The notes under the pieces are model-generated. The model saw only the letters and a program-made list of their open reading frames with translations. It was not told the origin of the DNA and did no database searches. 64,000 nt of DNA from Occultella glacieicola (GTDB taxonomy: Bacteria; Actinomycetota; Actinomycetes; Actinomycetales; Beutenbergiaceae). Location of the stretch: contig NZ_SMNA01000014.1 in the NCBI RefSeq assembly GCF_004353825.1, positions 1 to 64,000 on the forward strand, written 5' to 3'. Shown here piece by piece: positions 19,151 through 28,740 of the stretch (its first letter is position 1; each line of letters opens with the position of its first letter). The translations under genes and the position numbers were made by a program.

Positions 19151-20901
19151 GCCGCGGGGCGCGTGATCGCGCGGCCACGGCGCGTCGCTGGGACGAAGCG
19201 TGGCCGGACGCGCTCGCCGCGTGGGGCAGCCACCTGCGCCTGGCCGGTCCGAACCTGATCGGCAAGGTGAACCGGCCGTCCGGGATCCGCTCGTTCGCCT
19301 GGTTCGACCTGCGGGCCGTCCGGGTCTCGATCGCCCTCGACCTCGCCACGAATCTGGGCCTGGCCGAGCTGCCCACGGAGATCCTGGCGCACGAGATCGG
19401 CCATCACGTGCTCTCGCCGGGCGACCTCGGCACCGCCGCGCGCGTCCTGGCCCGGATGCAGATGGGCCTCGTGGACCGTGACGACCTCGCCCCGGTGATG
19501 GCGAACCTCTGGTCGGACCTGCTCATCAACGACCGCCTGCAGCGCCGCGCCGGGCTGCGCATGGACGAGGTGTGGCGGCGCATCGGACCGCCGCACCGGG
19601 ACGACACCGTCATGCGCCTGGTGATGCGGGCCGACGAGCTGCTCTGGTCGCTGCCCACGGGTTCGCTCGCCGGCCCGGACGTGCCGGGCCGGCCGGTCGA
19701 GCGCGAGGCCCAGCTGCTGGCCCGTGCGGTCCGGGCCTACGCCGACGACCCGGTGGGCGGGGCGGCCGGGTTCGGTGCCCTGGTCCGCCAGCTCGTGGGC
19801 GACCCGGAGGACATGCGGCTCGACGCGATCCGGCTCCTCGTGTGCCACCAGGAGCAGGGGGGCGGCGCGGTCCCGGCCGGGCTGGCCACCGATCCCTCGC
19901 TGGCGGCCCCGGCCGTCCACCCGAGCCTCGACCCCCGGGTGCTGCCGGGAGCCCGTGCCGCCGACGACCCGGAGCACGCAGGCACGGCCGCGACGCCCAC
20001 CCAGGCCGGTGTGCGCACCCTCGACCGACCGCACGGACTCGAGCCGGCCGCCTACGCCGCCCTGCTGGGCCGGCTCGGCCTGGTGTCCGACCCGGCCCGC
20101 GCCGCGGCCTCCTGGTACCGCGAGAACGCCGGCCCGCACCTGGTTCCGTTCCCGAGCACGCTGCGGCCCGTCCACCCCGACCCGCTGCTCGGTGGGTTGA
20201 CGGACTGGGACGTCGGGGAGGACCTCGGGCAGATCGACTGGCCGGGGTCGCTGGTCCGCAGCCCGGTCCCGATCCCGGGCGTCACCCTGCAGCAGCGGGA
20301 GCACCTCACCGACGTCGGCATCGAACCGGACCGGGAACCGGTCGACCTCGACCTGTACCTGGACTCCTCCGGGTCGATCCCGGACCCTCGGCGGACCCGT
20401 TCGCCGCTCGCCCTGGCCGGGGCGATCATGGCCCTCTCGGCGCTGCGGGCCGGCGCCCGGGTGCAGGCGACCACCTGGTCCGGTCCGGATCAGGTCGCGG
20501 GCACCGACGGCTTCACCGAGAACGCCGACGAGGTCCTGGCCGCCGTGGTCGCCTACTTCGGTGGCAGCACGGCGTTCCCCCTGGAGCGCCTGGTCGCCAC
20601 CCACCTCGACTCCACCGGCGAACCACGGCGCCGCCACATCGCCGTCGTCTCGGACTCGGGCATCAACTCGATGTTCCTCGAACGCGGCACACCGACGCCC
20701 GGGGCGGCCCAGTGCCTCGCCGCCGCCGGCGCCGGCGGCTCCCTGATCCTGAACGTCCCGGTGAACACCCGCGGGCGGTACGCCGAGATGGCCGGCGACT
20801 ACGACGTGTACACCGTCGCCACCTGGGAGGATCTGGTGCCGTTCGCCCGGGCCTTCGCCGCCCGGGTCTGGGACCTCGACCGAACGGAGCACGACCGGTG
20901 A
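19147..20901 (+). CDS. Zincin-like metallopeptidase (HExxH) fused to a C-terminal VWA domain
   Basis: EILAHEIGHHVL followed by NLWSDLLIND; MIDAS-like DLYLDSSGS, GGST, VVSD. Confidence 0.85.
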   Translation: MSRGARDRAATARRWDEAWPDALAAWGSHLRLAGPNLIGKVNRPSGIRSFAWFDLRAVRVSIALDLATNLGLAELPTEILAHEIGHHVLSPGDLGTAARVLARMQMGLVDRDDLAPVMANLWSDLLINDRLQRRAGLRMDEVWRRIGPPHRDDTVMRLVMRADELLWSLPTGSLAGPDVPGRPVEREAQLLARAVRAYADDPVGGAAGFGALVRQLVGDPEDMRLDAIRLLVCHQEQGGGAVPAGLATDPSLAAPAVHPSLDPRVLPGARAADDPEHAGTAATPTQAGVRTLDRPHGLEPAAYAALLGRLGLVSDPARAAASWYRENAGPHLVPFPSTLRPVHPDPLLGGLTDWDVGEDLGQIDWPGSLVRSPVPIPGVTLQQREHLTDVGIEPDREPVDLDLYLDSSGSIPDPRRTRSPLALAGAIMALSALRAGARVQATTWSGPDQVAGTDGFTENADEVLAAVVAYFGGSTAFPLERLVATHLDSTGEPRRRHIAVVSDSGINSMFLERGTPTPGAAQCLAAAGAGGSLILNVPVNTRGRYAEMAGDYDVYTVATWEDLVPFARAFAARVWDLDRTEHDR

Positions 20902-21488
20902 CGCATTCGACGTGGCAGCGTCCGGACCCGGCGAGCACCGTGCCAGGTCCGTCCCTGCCGGACCTCATGCACGATCTGGCCGCCACCCCGCCGGACGTGT
21001 GGGACCCCGACATCGACACCCTCGCCCTGTGGGCGGACACCGTGTCGGACGTCGCCCACGGCGAGTTCGACGTCGAGGCCGTCCTCGAACTCGCCACCGG
21101 GCCGCGGTCCGCCGGCCTCGGCGTGATCGCGGCCCTGCTGCACGGGCCGGCGCTACGCCCGTGGACCGGCTGGTGGGAGGCGGCCCGGCTGACGAGCGTG
21201 GCCCAACGGATGGTCGGCACGCTCGCGGCGCACGTACCGCCGTCGGCCTGGGTGGCGGACGCCCGCTCCCGGGAGGAGGCCGCCCGGCTGTTCCTCGACC
21301 TCCTCGGCCTGCGCCCGGCCGGGGAGAGCGCGACGGTCGCGGCGGACCGGCTCACCGCGATGAGCAGCCCCGCCCTGGCCGCCGCGCTGGCGGAGCTCGC
21401 GCAGGAGCAGCGGCGGGCCGCCGAGCTCGCCGCCCGGCTCGCCGAGAAGCGGGCCCGCGAGGCCGCGGCGAGGACCACCTATGTCTGA
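20898..21488 (+). CDS. Hypothetical protein with C-terminal coiled coil
   Basis: GTGA overlap with the VWA gene; REEAARLFL..LGLRPAGES...AADRL, ending ...AEKRAREAAARTTYV. Confidence 0.7.
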   Translation: MTHSTWQRPDPASTVPGPSLPDLMHDLAATPPDVWDPDIDTLALWADTVSDVAHGEFDVEAVLELATGPRSAGLGVIAALLHGPALRPWTGWWEAARLTSVAQRMVGTLAAHVPPSAWVADARSREEAARLFLDLLGLRPAGESATVAADRLTAMSSPALAAALAELAQEQRRAAELAARLAEKRAREAAARTTYV

Positions 21489-22881
21489 GGCGCCGCACCA
21501 CGACCACGACCCGGTGCTCGGCGAGTACGAACCGTTCGCGGACACCGCCCTCACCGATGCCGAGCGGTGGCCGACCCTGACCGGCGCCGGCGCCGGCCGC
21601 CTGTCCGCGCTGCGCGGCCACCCGCGCGCACCCGCCTGGGTGCACGAGTGCGGCGACCGCCTCGACGCCGGCGACCTCGTCGCGCTCGCGGACCTGCACA
21701 CCCGGATCCATCACGCGGAACCACCCGAGGCCGGCTCCGCCACGCCGTCGTGGGCCGCGGACCTGCTCCAGCGCGCGGCCACCGCGGTGCCCCACTACCG
21801 GCGTGCCTGGCGCCAGGGCCCGCCGCCGTTCCCGGACGTGCCGACGATCACCCGCGCGGACCTGGCCGCCGACCTCGCCTCCTTCGTCCCGGTGGACGTG
21901 CCACTGGACGACGTCCTCGTCGGCACCAGCAGCGGCAGCACCGGCGCCGCCCTGGTCCTGCCCCAGCACGCCCGCACGATCGGCTCCGACCTGGTCCAGC
22001 TCCGCCGGCTGGTCGCGCTCACGGGGACGCACTGGGCCCCGGAACCCGAGCGGCTCGCCGTGCTCAGCGTCGTCTCCCAGGAGACCGCGTTCACCTACGC
22101 CAGCCTGCTGTCGGCCTTCGACCTCGCGGGCCTCGCCCGGATCAACCTGCACCCGTCGGCGTGGCGCCGGCCCGGTGACCGGGAGGCGTTCCTGACCGCC
22201 ATGAACCCGCAGGTCCTCACCTCGACGCCGTCGGCACTCGTGGATCTGGCCGACCTCGACGTCACGCTGCACCCGCTCGCCGTGATCAGTGGCGCCACCT
22301 CCCTGTCGAGGGCCGCGCGGGACCTGCTCCGGGCCCGCTGGGCGGCACCGGTCATCGACGTGTACGGACTGATCGAGACCGGGCCGGTCGCCGCCTCGGT
22401 CGACGGCGGCCCGCACCGGCTGCTGCCACGTCGCCAGCACGTCGAGGTACTCGACGCGAAGGGGCGACCGGTCGGCGTCGGGCAGACCGGAGAGGTCGTG
22501 GTCACCTCGGCCGAGAACCCGTACCTCCCGCTGCTGCGCTACCGCACCGGCGACCACGCGCGCCTCACCGCGGACGGCGCCCTCGCCGACCTCGAGGGTC
22601 GCGTCCCGGTCCGGTTCGCCACCCCGGACGGCACCTGGGTGGACGCGGTCGGCCTCACCCAGGTGCTCCAGGCCCACGGCACCCTCGCCTGGCACCTGCA
22701 CCAGGACCCCGGTGGCGACCTCACCCTGCGTGCCGTCGGCGGCACCGAGGAACCCCTGCTGCGCAGCATCGAGCGGCTCCTCGGACGCCGCCCGAGGAGC
22801 ATCCGGCTCCCCCGCCCGGCCGACCTCGGCCCCGGGAAGGCCCGGCGCTTCAGCAGCGCCTTGCCGGGCGCCACCCCCTAG
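21481..22881 (+). CDS. PaaK/CapK-like adenylate-forming ligase
   Basis: VPHYR, TSSGSTG loop, DVYGLIETG, PLLRYRTGD, LEGR. Confidence 0.85.
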   Translation: MSEAPHHDHDPVLGEYEPFADTALTDAERWPTLTGAGAGRLSALRGHPRAPAWVHECGDRLDAGDLVALADLHTRIHHAEPPEAGSATPSWAADLLQRAATAVPHYRRAWRQGPPPFPDVPTITRADLAADLASFVPVDVPLDDVLVGTSSGSTGAALVLPQHARTIGSDLVQLRRLVALTGTHWAPEPERLAVLSVVSQETAFTYASLLSAFDLAGLARINLHPSAWRRPGDREAFLTAMNPQVLTSTPSALVDLADLDVTLHPLAVISGATSLSRAARDLLRARWAAPVIDVYGLIETGPVAASVDGGPHRLLPRRQHVEVLDAKGRPVGVGQTGEVVVTSAENPYLPLLRYRTGDHARLTADGALADLEGRVPVRFATPDGTWVDAVGLTQVLQAHGTLAWHLHQDPGGDLTLRAVGGTEEPLLRSIERLLGRRPRSIRLPRPADLGPGKARRFSSALPGATP

Positions 22882-22931
22882 CTGCCCGGCGGTGGCGACA
22901 AGCGACCTGCCGCGGGCGTACCTTCTCACGC

Positions 22932-24641
22932 ATGACCTCCGAGCCCGCCGCCGCGGCCGAGTCCCCCGTCATCGTCATCGTCACCACCGCCGACCGGCAG
23001 CCCGTCCTCGACTCGGAGTTCTCCAGCCGATACGCCCGGGACTACGACGTGCACACGGTCGTCGAGGGGCCTGCGGCGAAGGCCGTGCTCGTGGACCTGG
23101 TCACCGGTGGCCGGGACGTGGCGCTGGTAGCCGTCGACTTGGACGTCGCCGGGGACGCCCAGGTCCTGATGGACGCGCTCCGGCTCAAGACACCGCGCAG
23201 CCGCCGGATCATCCTGGCCGCGCCGAGCGCATTCTTCACCGGGCTGCAGACCTTGCGGACGGCACTGGCCCAGGGGCGCATCGACAGCTACCTGATGATC
23301 CCGCAGGGCCCGCGCGACGAGGAGTTCCACGGCGCCGTCTCCGACTTCCTCTCGGACTGGGCCTGGTCCTCCCGGGCACCCGAGGTCACCCAGGTCTCGA
23401 TCGTCGAGGACGGCACCCAGGCGGAGGTTCCCGGAATCCGCGACTTCCTCGACCGGATGGGCCTGGCCTACGCCCGGTTCGCCCCGGACAGCGAGACCGG
23501 TCGCCGGCTGCGCGCGGCCGTCGGCGAGGACGCCCCGTTGCCGATCCTCGAGAGCCTGGGCCGCCCACCGCTGGCCGGCGCGACCCAGCGGTCGGTGGCC
23601 AGCGCGTTCTACGGCACCCCGGACGACCTCGGCCCCGATCACCTCGCCGACCTGCTGATCGTCGGAGCCGGCCCGGCCGGTCTCGCGGCCGCCGTGTACG
23701 GCGCGTCCGAGGCGTTGAACACCGTGGTGCTGGAGGCGGACGCCGTCGGCGGGCAGGCCGGCACCAGCTCGATGATCCGCAACTACCTCGGCTTCCCCCG
23801 AGGGGTCTCCGGGATGCGGCTGGCCCTGCGGGCCCGGATCCAGGCGACCCGGTTCGGAGCGCGGATCTTCACCGGCCGCGACGCCACCGGTCTGCGACCG
23901 GGGTCGGCACCGGGTGAACCGCACGTGGTGTTCCACGAGGACGGTGAGCTGCGGGCCCGGGCGGTCCTGCTCGCCTGCGGGGTCAGCTACCGCCGCCTCG
24001 GTGTGCCCGGCGTGGAGGAACTGATCGGCCGGGGCGTCTACTACGGGGCCGCAGCGAGCGTGGCCCGGGACATGGCGGGCAAGGACGTGTTCGTGGTGGG
24101 CGGCGGCAACTCCGCCGGACAGGCCGCGCTGCACCTGGCCCGGTTCGCGCGCAGTGTCACCATCGTGGTGCGCCGGGACGGGCTCGCCACCACCATGTCC
24201 GCCTACCTGATCAAGGAGATCGGGACCCACCGCCGGATCACGGTGCGCACCGGGGCCCGCGTGGTCGGGGGTGGCGGGCAGGGCTACCTCGAGTGGCTGG
24301 AGCTCGCCGACGCCACGGGCCCGTTCGAGGTGGCCGGCACCGACGACACGGGGCGCGAGCGGGTGCCCGCGGACGGCCTGTTCCTGCTGCTCGGCGCGGA
24401 TCCCGGTTGCGGCTGGCTGCCCGGTGCGGTCGCCCGGGACGCGCGGGGCTTCGTGCTCACCGGCCGCGACGTGCCGGCCGAGCACTGGGTCGACGGCCGG
24501 CCGCCGGCGCCGTTGGAGACCACGGTCCCGGGCGTGTTCGCCGCCGGTGACGTGCGCGACGGTTCGATGAAGCGGGTCGCCGCCGCGAGCGGCGAGGGCG
24601 CCTCCGCGGTGGCTCAGGTGCACGCCTACCTGACCCCCTGA
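22932..24641 (+). CDS. Thioredoxin-reductase-like FAD oxidoreductase with N-terminal receiver-like domain
   Basis: GAGPAGL, GGQAGTSSMIRNYLGFP, GGGNSA, GVFAAGDVR; no CxxC; TACCTT -10 element 7 nt upstream. Confidence 0.85.
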   Translation: MTSEPAAAAESPVIVIVTTADRQPVLDSEFSSRYARDYDVHTVVEGPAAKAVLVDLVTGGRDVALVAVDLDVAGDAQVLMDALRLKTPRSRRIILAAPSAFFTGLQTLRTALAQGRIDSYLMIPQGPRDEEFHGAVSDFLSDWAWSSRAPEVTQVSIVEDGTQAEVPGIRDFLDRMGLAYARFAPDSETGRRLRAAVGEDAPLPILESLGRPPLAGATQRSVASAFYGTPDDLGPDHLADLLIVGAGPAGLAAAVYGASEALNTVVLEADAVGGQAGTSSMIRNYLGFPRGVSGMRLALRARIQATRFGARIFTGRDATGLRPGSAPGEPHVVFHEDGELRARAVLLACGVSYRRLGVPGVEELIGRGVYYGAAASVARDMAGKDVFVVGGGNSAGQAALHLARFARSVTIVVRRDGLATTMSAYLIKEIGTHRRITVRTGARVVGGGGQGYLEWLELADATGPFEVAGTDDTGRERVPADGLFLLLGADPGCGWLPGAVARDARGFVLTGRDVPAEHWVDGRPPAPLETTVPGVFAAGDVRDGSMKRVAAASGEGASAVAQVHAYLTP

Positions 24642-24866
24642 GCCGCGCTCCCGGCCGGGTGTGAGGCGGGCCACACCGGCGGTCGTCGCGTGGGTATGCA
24701 CGAAGAGGCCGTTTTCCCGTACCATCGGCGGTAGCGCAGGTCCCCAAAGCGCGTCGGCCCGACCGTCGATCATGACGTCGGCTCTGAAGTCCGTCGCCGC
24801 ATCCGGGACGCCACGCCTCACGAGGATCGGACCCGTCGTCCGGTGCTCGTCCATTCCAGGAGGAAT

Positions 24867-27014
24867 ATGCCGTCGAACGGCCGTCGCCGTACCTCGGGTC
24901 GCAATGGGACCCGTTCTGCCCGCCAGAACGACCCCGCGCCCCTGCTTCCGATCCTCGCGCGCCGGGTGCGCGAGGTGGAGGCGAAGTCCGCCAACGGCAA
25001 GGTGGGGCCCACGAACCGCACCAAGTTCCAGGTCATCGCGCTCCTGGTCCGCTCCGAGCGGGCCAGGATCAAGGCGGACGAGTCGCTGTCCGGCGGCACC
25101 CGCACCGAGCTGATGAAGCGCCTCGACGGCGTCGCCACGATCCTCGCGCGCACCGCCGCCCAGGACACGTCCCTGCTGTCCCTGCTCGAACCGAACGGGA
25201 CGCCGTCGGCCGCCACCCAGCGGATGCGCCTGGACTGGCTGATCGAGTCCGGTGCCGAACTCAGCGACGAGGAACGCCAGATCAAGGCCCCGGTGCAGCG
25301 CCGTGAGGAGGTCGTCCCCGAGCAGCTCGCCGCGAAGCAGGTGGTGCCCGTGGCCGTGCGGGCCCGGGTCCGGGCGAACCCGTTCCTCGAACCGGACCTG
25401 TCCATCTCCGCCGACTCCGAGCCGGTGGGCTACCTGTCCGGCTGGGACCTGATCGACCCGCTCTACCGCGCCTTCGAGCAGGGCGCCGGTGGTGGCGCCG
25501 CGACCATGACCCTGCCCCCGGTCCCGAAGATCGACCGGTTCTCCCCGCCCGGGCTCGAACTGATGCCCCACCAGATCCAGCTCCTGGAGAGCGTGCGACG
25601 CGGCCATCGCTCGTTCCTGCTCGCCGACGAGCCGGGCCTCGGCAAGACCGCCCAGGCGGTCATCGCGGCCTCGGTCGCGGACGCCTTCCCGATGCTGGCC
25701 GTGGTGCCGAACGTGGTGAAGATCAACTGGTCCCGCGAGGTGCAGCGGTGGACCCCGCAGCGCCGGGTGACCGTGATCCACGGCGACGGCCGGGACATGG
25801 ACGCGTTCGCCGACGTGTTCGTCGTGAACTACGCGATCCTGGACCGGCACCTGTCCTGGTTGTCCACCCTCGGCTTCCGTTCGATGGTCGTGGACGAGGC
25901 GCACTTCATCAAGAACCTCGCCTCACAGCGCTCCCAGCACGTCCTGTCCCTTGCCAAGCGGATCCGCGAACGCGAACCGAGCCACAGCCCGCTGCTGATG
26001 GCCCTGACCGGCACGCCACTGATCAACGACGTCGAAGACTTCAACGCCATCTGGCAGTTCCTCGGCTGGACCGACGGCCAGCAGCCCTCGCCGCGGCTCA
26101 CCCGACGGCTGGAGGCGACCGGCTTGACCCCCGCGGACCGCGGCTTCTACCCGCAGGCGCGAGCCGCCGTCATCGACCTGGGCATCGTGCGTCGGACGAA
26201 GTTCGCCGTGGCCAAGGACCTGCCCGCCAAGCGGGTCGCGGACCTGCCGGTGGAGCTCGACGGCGACATCGGCCGCTCGATCCGCGCCGCCGAGCACGAG
26301 CTCGGCCAGCGGCTCGTGAACCGGTACCTACGCATGCTCGAGGCCCGCGAGGGGGGCATCCCCAACCACCACGAGCCGGACCTCGACCTCATGCGCCGGG
26401 TCGCGCAGGCCGAGCTCGACTCGACCGCCCCGACCGCCGACGGCGACAACGTCTTCACGATGGTCCGCCGCATCGGTCAGGCCAAGGCGACCCTCGCCGC
26501 GGACTACGCCGCCCAGCTCGTGCACTCGGTGGGCAAGGTGGTCTTCTTCGCCAAGCACATCGACGTGATGGACACCGCGGAGCGGATGCTCGCCGACGCG
26601 GGCCTGCGGACGGTCTCGATCCGCGGTGACCAGACCACGGCGCAGCGTCAGGCCGCGATCGACGCGTTCCAGAAGGACGAGGAGGTGTCCGTGGCTGTGT
26701 GTTCCCTGCTCGCGGCGGGCGTCGGCCTGAACCTGCACGCGTCCTCCAACGTGGTCCTCGCGGAACTGTCCTGGACGGCCGCCGAGCAGGACCAGGCCAT
26801 CGACCGGGTGCACCGGATCGGTCAGGAGGAGCCGGTCACCGCGTGGCGGATCCTCGCCGCGCACACGATCGACACCAAGATCGCCGAGCTCATCGACGCG
26901 AAGCAGTCCCTGGCCGCTCGCGCCCTGGACGGCAGCGACGAGGAGATCGTCAGCAGCGACTCGGTGCAGCTCGACGCCCTCGTGCACCTGATGCTGCAGG
27001 CCCTCGAGGGCTGA
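24867..27014 (+). CDS. SNF2-family (DEAH) helicase/ATPase
   Basis: LADEPGLGKT, VDEAH, LTGTP, GVGLNL, QAIDRVHRIGQ; AGGAGG RBS before ATG 24867. Confidence 0.92.
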   Translation: MPSNGRRRTSGRNGTRSARQNDPAPLLPILARRVREVEAKSANGKVGPTNRTKFQVIALLVRSERARIKADESLSGGTRTELMKRLDGVATILARTAAQDTSLLSLLEPNGTPSAATQRMRLDWLIESGAELSDEERQIKAPVQRREEVVPEQLAAKQVVPVAVRARVRANPFLEPDLSISADSEPVGYLSGWDLIDPLYRAFEQGAGGGAATMTLPPVPKIDRFSPPGLELMPHQIQLLESVRRGHRSFLLADEPGLGKTAQAVIAASVADAFPMLAVVPNVVKINWSREVQRWTPQRRVTVIHGDGRDMDAFADVFVVNYAILDRHLSWLSTLGFRSMVVDEAHFIKNLASQRSQHVLSLAKRIREREPSHSPLLMALTGTPLINDVEDFNAIWQFLGWTDGQQPSPRLTRRLEATGLTPADRGFYPQARAAVIDLGIVRRTKFAVAKDLPAKRVADLPVELDGDIGRSIRAAEHELGQRLVNRYLRMLEAREGGIPNHHEPDLDLMRRVAQAELDSTAPTADGDNVFTMVRRIGQAKATLAADYAAQLVHSVGKVVFFAKHIDVMDTAERMLADAGLRTVSIRGDQTTAQRQAAIDAFQKDEEVSVAVCSLLAAGVGLNLHASSNVVLAELSWTAAEQDQAIDRVHRIGQEEPVTAWRILAAHTIDTKIAELIDAKQSLAARALDGSDEEIVSSDSVQLDALVHLMLQALEG

Positions 27015-27093
27015 GCGGGCTCGAGCAGAGCCGGGCAGACCTGCCCATCGGTCCTGGCGGCTGCGCGCCACGCCGGAGCGTACCCTCGGGTGC

Positions 27094-28689
27094 ATGGGCG
27101 TCACCACGATCTCGCCGACTGCCCCCGCCACCGCCCGCCGGAGCGCGGGGGTCGCGGGCGTGCTGGCGGCGGCGCTCACCCTGACCGTCGGCCACCTGGT
27201 CGCCGCGATCGTCGATCCGGACGCCTCGCCGTTCATCGCCCTCGGGGGCGCCGTCGTGGACGCCACCCCGGCCTGGCTCAAGGACTTCGCGGCCTCCACC
27301 TTCGGCACCGCGGACAAGACCGTGCTGTTCGTCTGCATGGCCGCGGTCGTCCTCGGGCTCGCCTACGGCGTCGGTAGGCTCGCGCTCACCCGCCCGACGG
27401 CGGCCGCGGTCTGCGTGGTCGTCCTCGCCGGGATCTGCGGTGTGGCCGCCATGGGCCGGGCCGGCACCGGGATGCTCGCCTGGCTGCCGTCGCTGGTCGG
27501 TGCCGGGGCCGGGGTGATCGCGCTGCGCGCGATGGTCGAGACGCTGCGAACGCCCGCGGCCCTGCCCGACGCCGACGAGGACTCGACCGGTGCCGCACCG
27601 GCGCAGCACGGGTACGCCACGCCGGACCGGCGCGAGTTCATGCGTTCGGCCACCATCGTCGGCGTCGTCGCGGCGGCCTCGGCGATCGCCGGGGCCATCA
27701 TCGGCGCCGCGCGGTCGACCGCCCAGATGGCCCGGGACCTGCTCGACCTGCCCGCCCCGGCGACGCCGGCCCCGCCGCTGCCGGAGGGGGTGCAGTCGGC
27801 CACGGCGGGTGTCGGCCCGTTCGTCACCCCGAACGAGGACTTCTACCGGATCGACACCGCCCTGATCGTCCCCGACGTCGACCCCGCGACCTGGACGCTC
27901 CGGGTGCACGGACTCGTCGAGAACGAGATCGAGCTGAACCTGGACGACATCCTCGCCCGGGACCTCGTCGAGACCCGGGTGACCCTCACCTGCGTGTCCA
28001 ACCCGGTGGGCGGTGACCTGGTCGGCAACGCGCTCTGGCTCGGGCTGCCGATCCGGGAGGTCCTCGCCGAGGCGGTCCCGACCGCGGACGCGGACATGGT
28101 CCTGTCCCGCAGCGTCGACGGCTTCACCGCATCCACCCCCATCGAGGCGCTCACCGACGACCGGGACGCGATCTTCGCGGTCGCGATGAACGGCGAGCCG
28201 CTGCCCGTCGAGCACGGGTTCCCGGTCCGGATGGTGGTGCCGGGCCTGTACGGCTACGTCTCGGCGACGAAGTGGGTCGTCGACCTCGAGGTCACCCGGT
28301 TCGCCGACGCGAGCGCCTACTGGACCGAGCGCGGCTGGTCCGAGCGAGGACCGATCAAGACCGCGTCCCGGATCGAGGTCCCCCGGGCGAGCGCCCACGT
28401 GCCCGCCGGGGAGGTCGCCGTCGGCGGCACCGCGTGGGCGCAGCACCGGGGCATCACCAAGGTCGAGGTGCAGGTCGACGACGGACCGTGGGAGGAGGCC
28501 ACCCTCGCCGACGAGGCGACCGTGGACACCTGGCGACAGTGGTCGTGGACCTGGGGCGACGCCGAGCCGGGCCAGCACACCCTCCGGTGCCGCGCCTCGG
28601 ACCCCGACGGTGTGCAGACCGCCACGGTCGCTCCCGTGGTGCCGGACGGGGCGAGCGGCTGGCACACGATCTACGTGTACGTGGACTGA
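27094..28689 (+). CDS. Membrane-anchored sulfite-oxidase-family molybdoenzyme
   Basis: N-terminal transmembrane segments, internal DRREFM, FYRID, TLTCVSN Mo-ligand Cys, HGFPVR..VPGLYG..SATKW. Confidence 0.9.
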   Translation: MGVTTISPTAPATARRSAGVAGVLAAALTLTVGHLVAAIVDPDASPFIALGGAVVDATPAWLKDFAASTFGTADKTVLFVCMAAVVLGLAYGVGRLALTRPTAAAVCVVVLAGICGVAAMGRAGTGMLAWLPSLVGAGAGVIALRAMVETLRTPAALPDADEDSTGAAPAQHGYATPDRREFMRSATIVGVVAAASAIAGAIIGAARSTAQMARDLLDLPAPATPAPPLPEGVQSATAGVGPFVTPNEDFYRIDTALIVPDVDPATWTLRVHGLVENEIELNLDDILARDLVETRVTLTCVSNPVGGDLVGNALWLGLPIREVLAEAVPTADADMVLSRSVDGFTASTPIEALTDDRDAIFAVAMNGEPLPVEHGFPVRMVVPGLYGYVSATKWVVDLEVTRFADASAYWTERGWSERGPIKTASRIEVPRASAHVPAGEVAVGGTAWAQHRGITKVEVQVDDGPWEEATLADEATVDTWRQWSWTWGDAEPGQHTLRCRASDPDGVQTATVAPVVPDGASGWHTIYVYVD

Positions 28690-28740
28690 GCACGGCCGCC
28701 CGTCACGCGCGGACGGAGCCGAGATGGCACTCTTGGGCTT

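Noticed and set aside
22932..27014. TrxB-like and SNF2 genes as part of the MoxR-VWA system
   Set aside because: Each has its own apparent -10 element and is separated by a gap, unlike the overlapping genes of the module.
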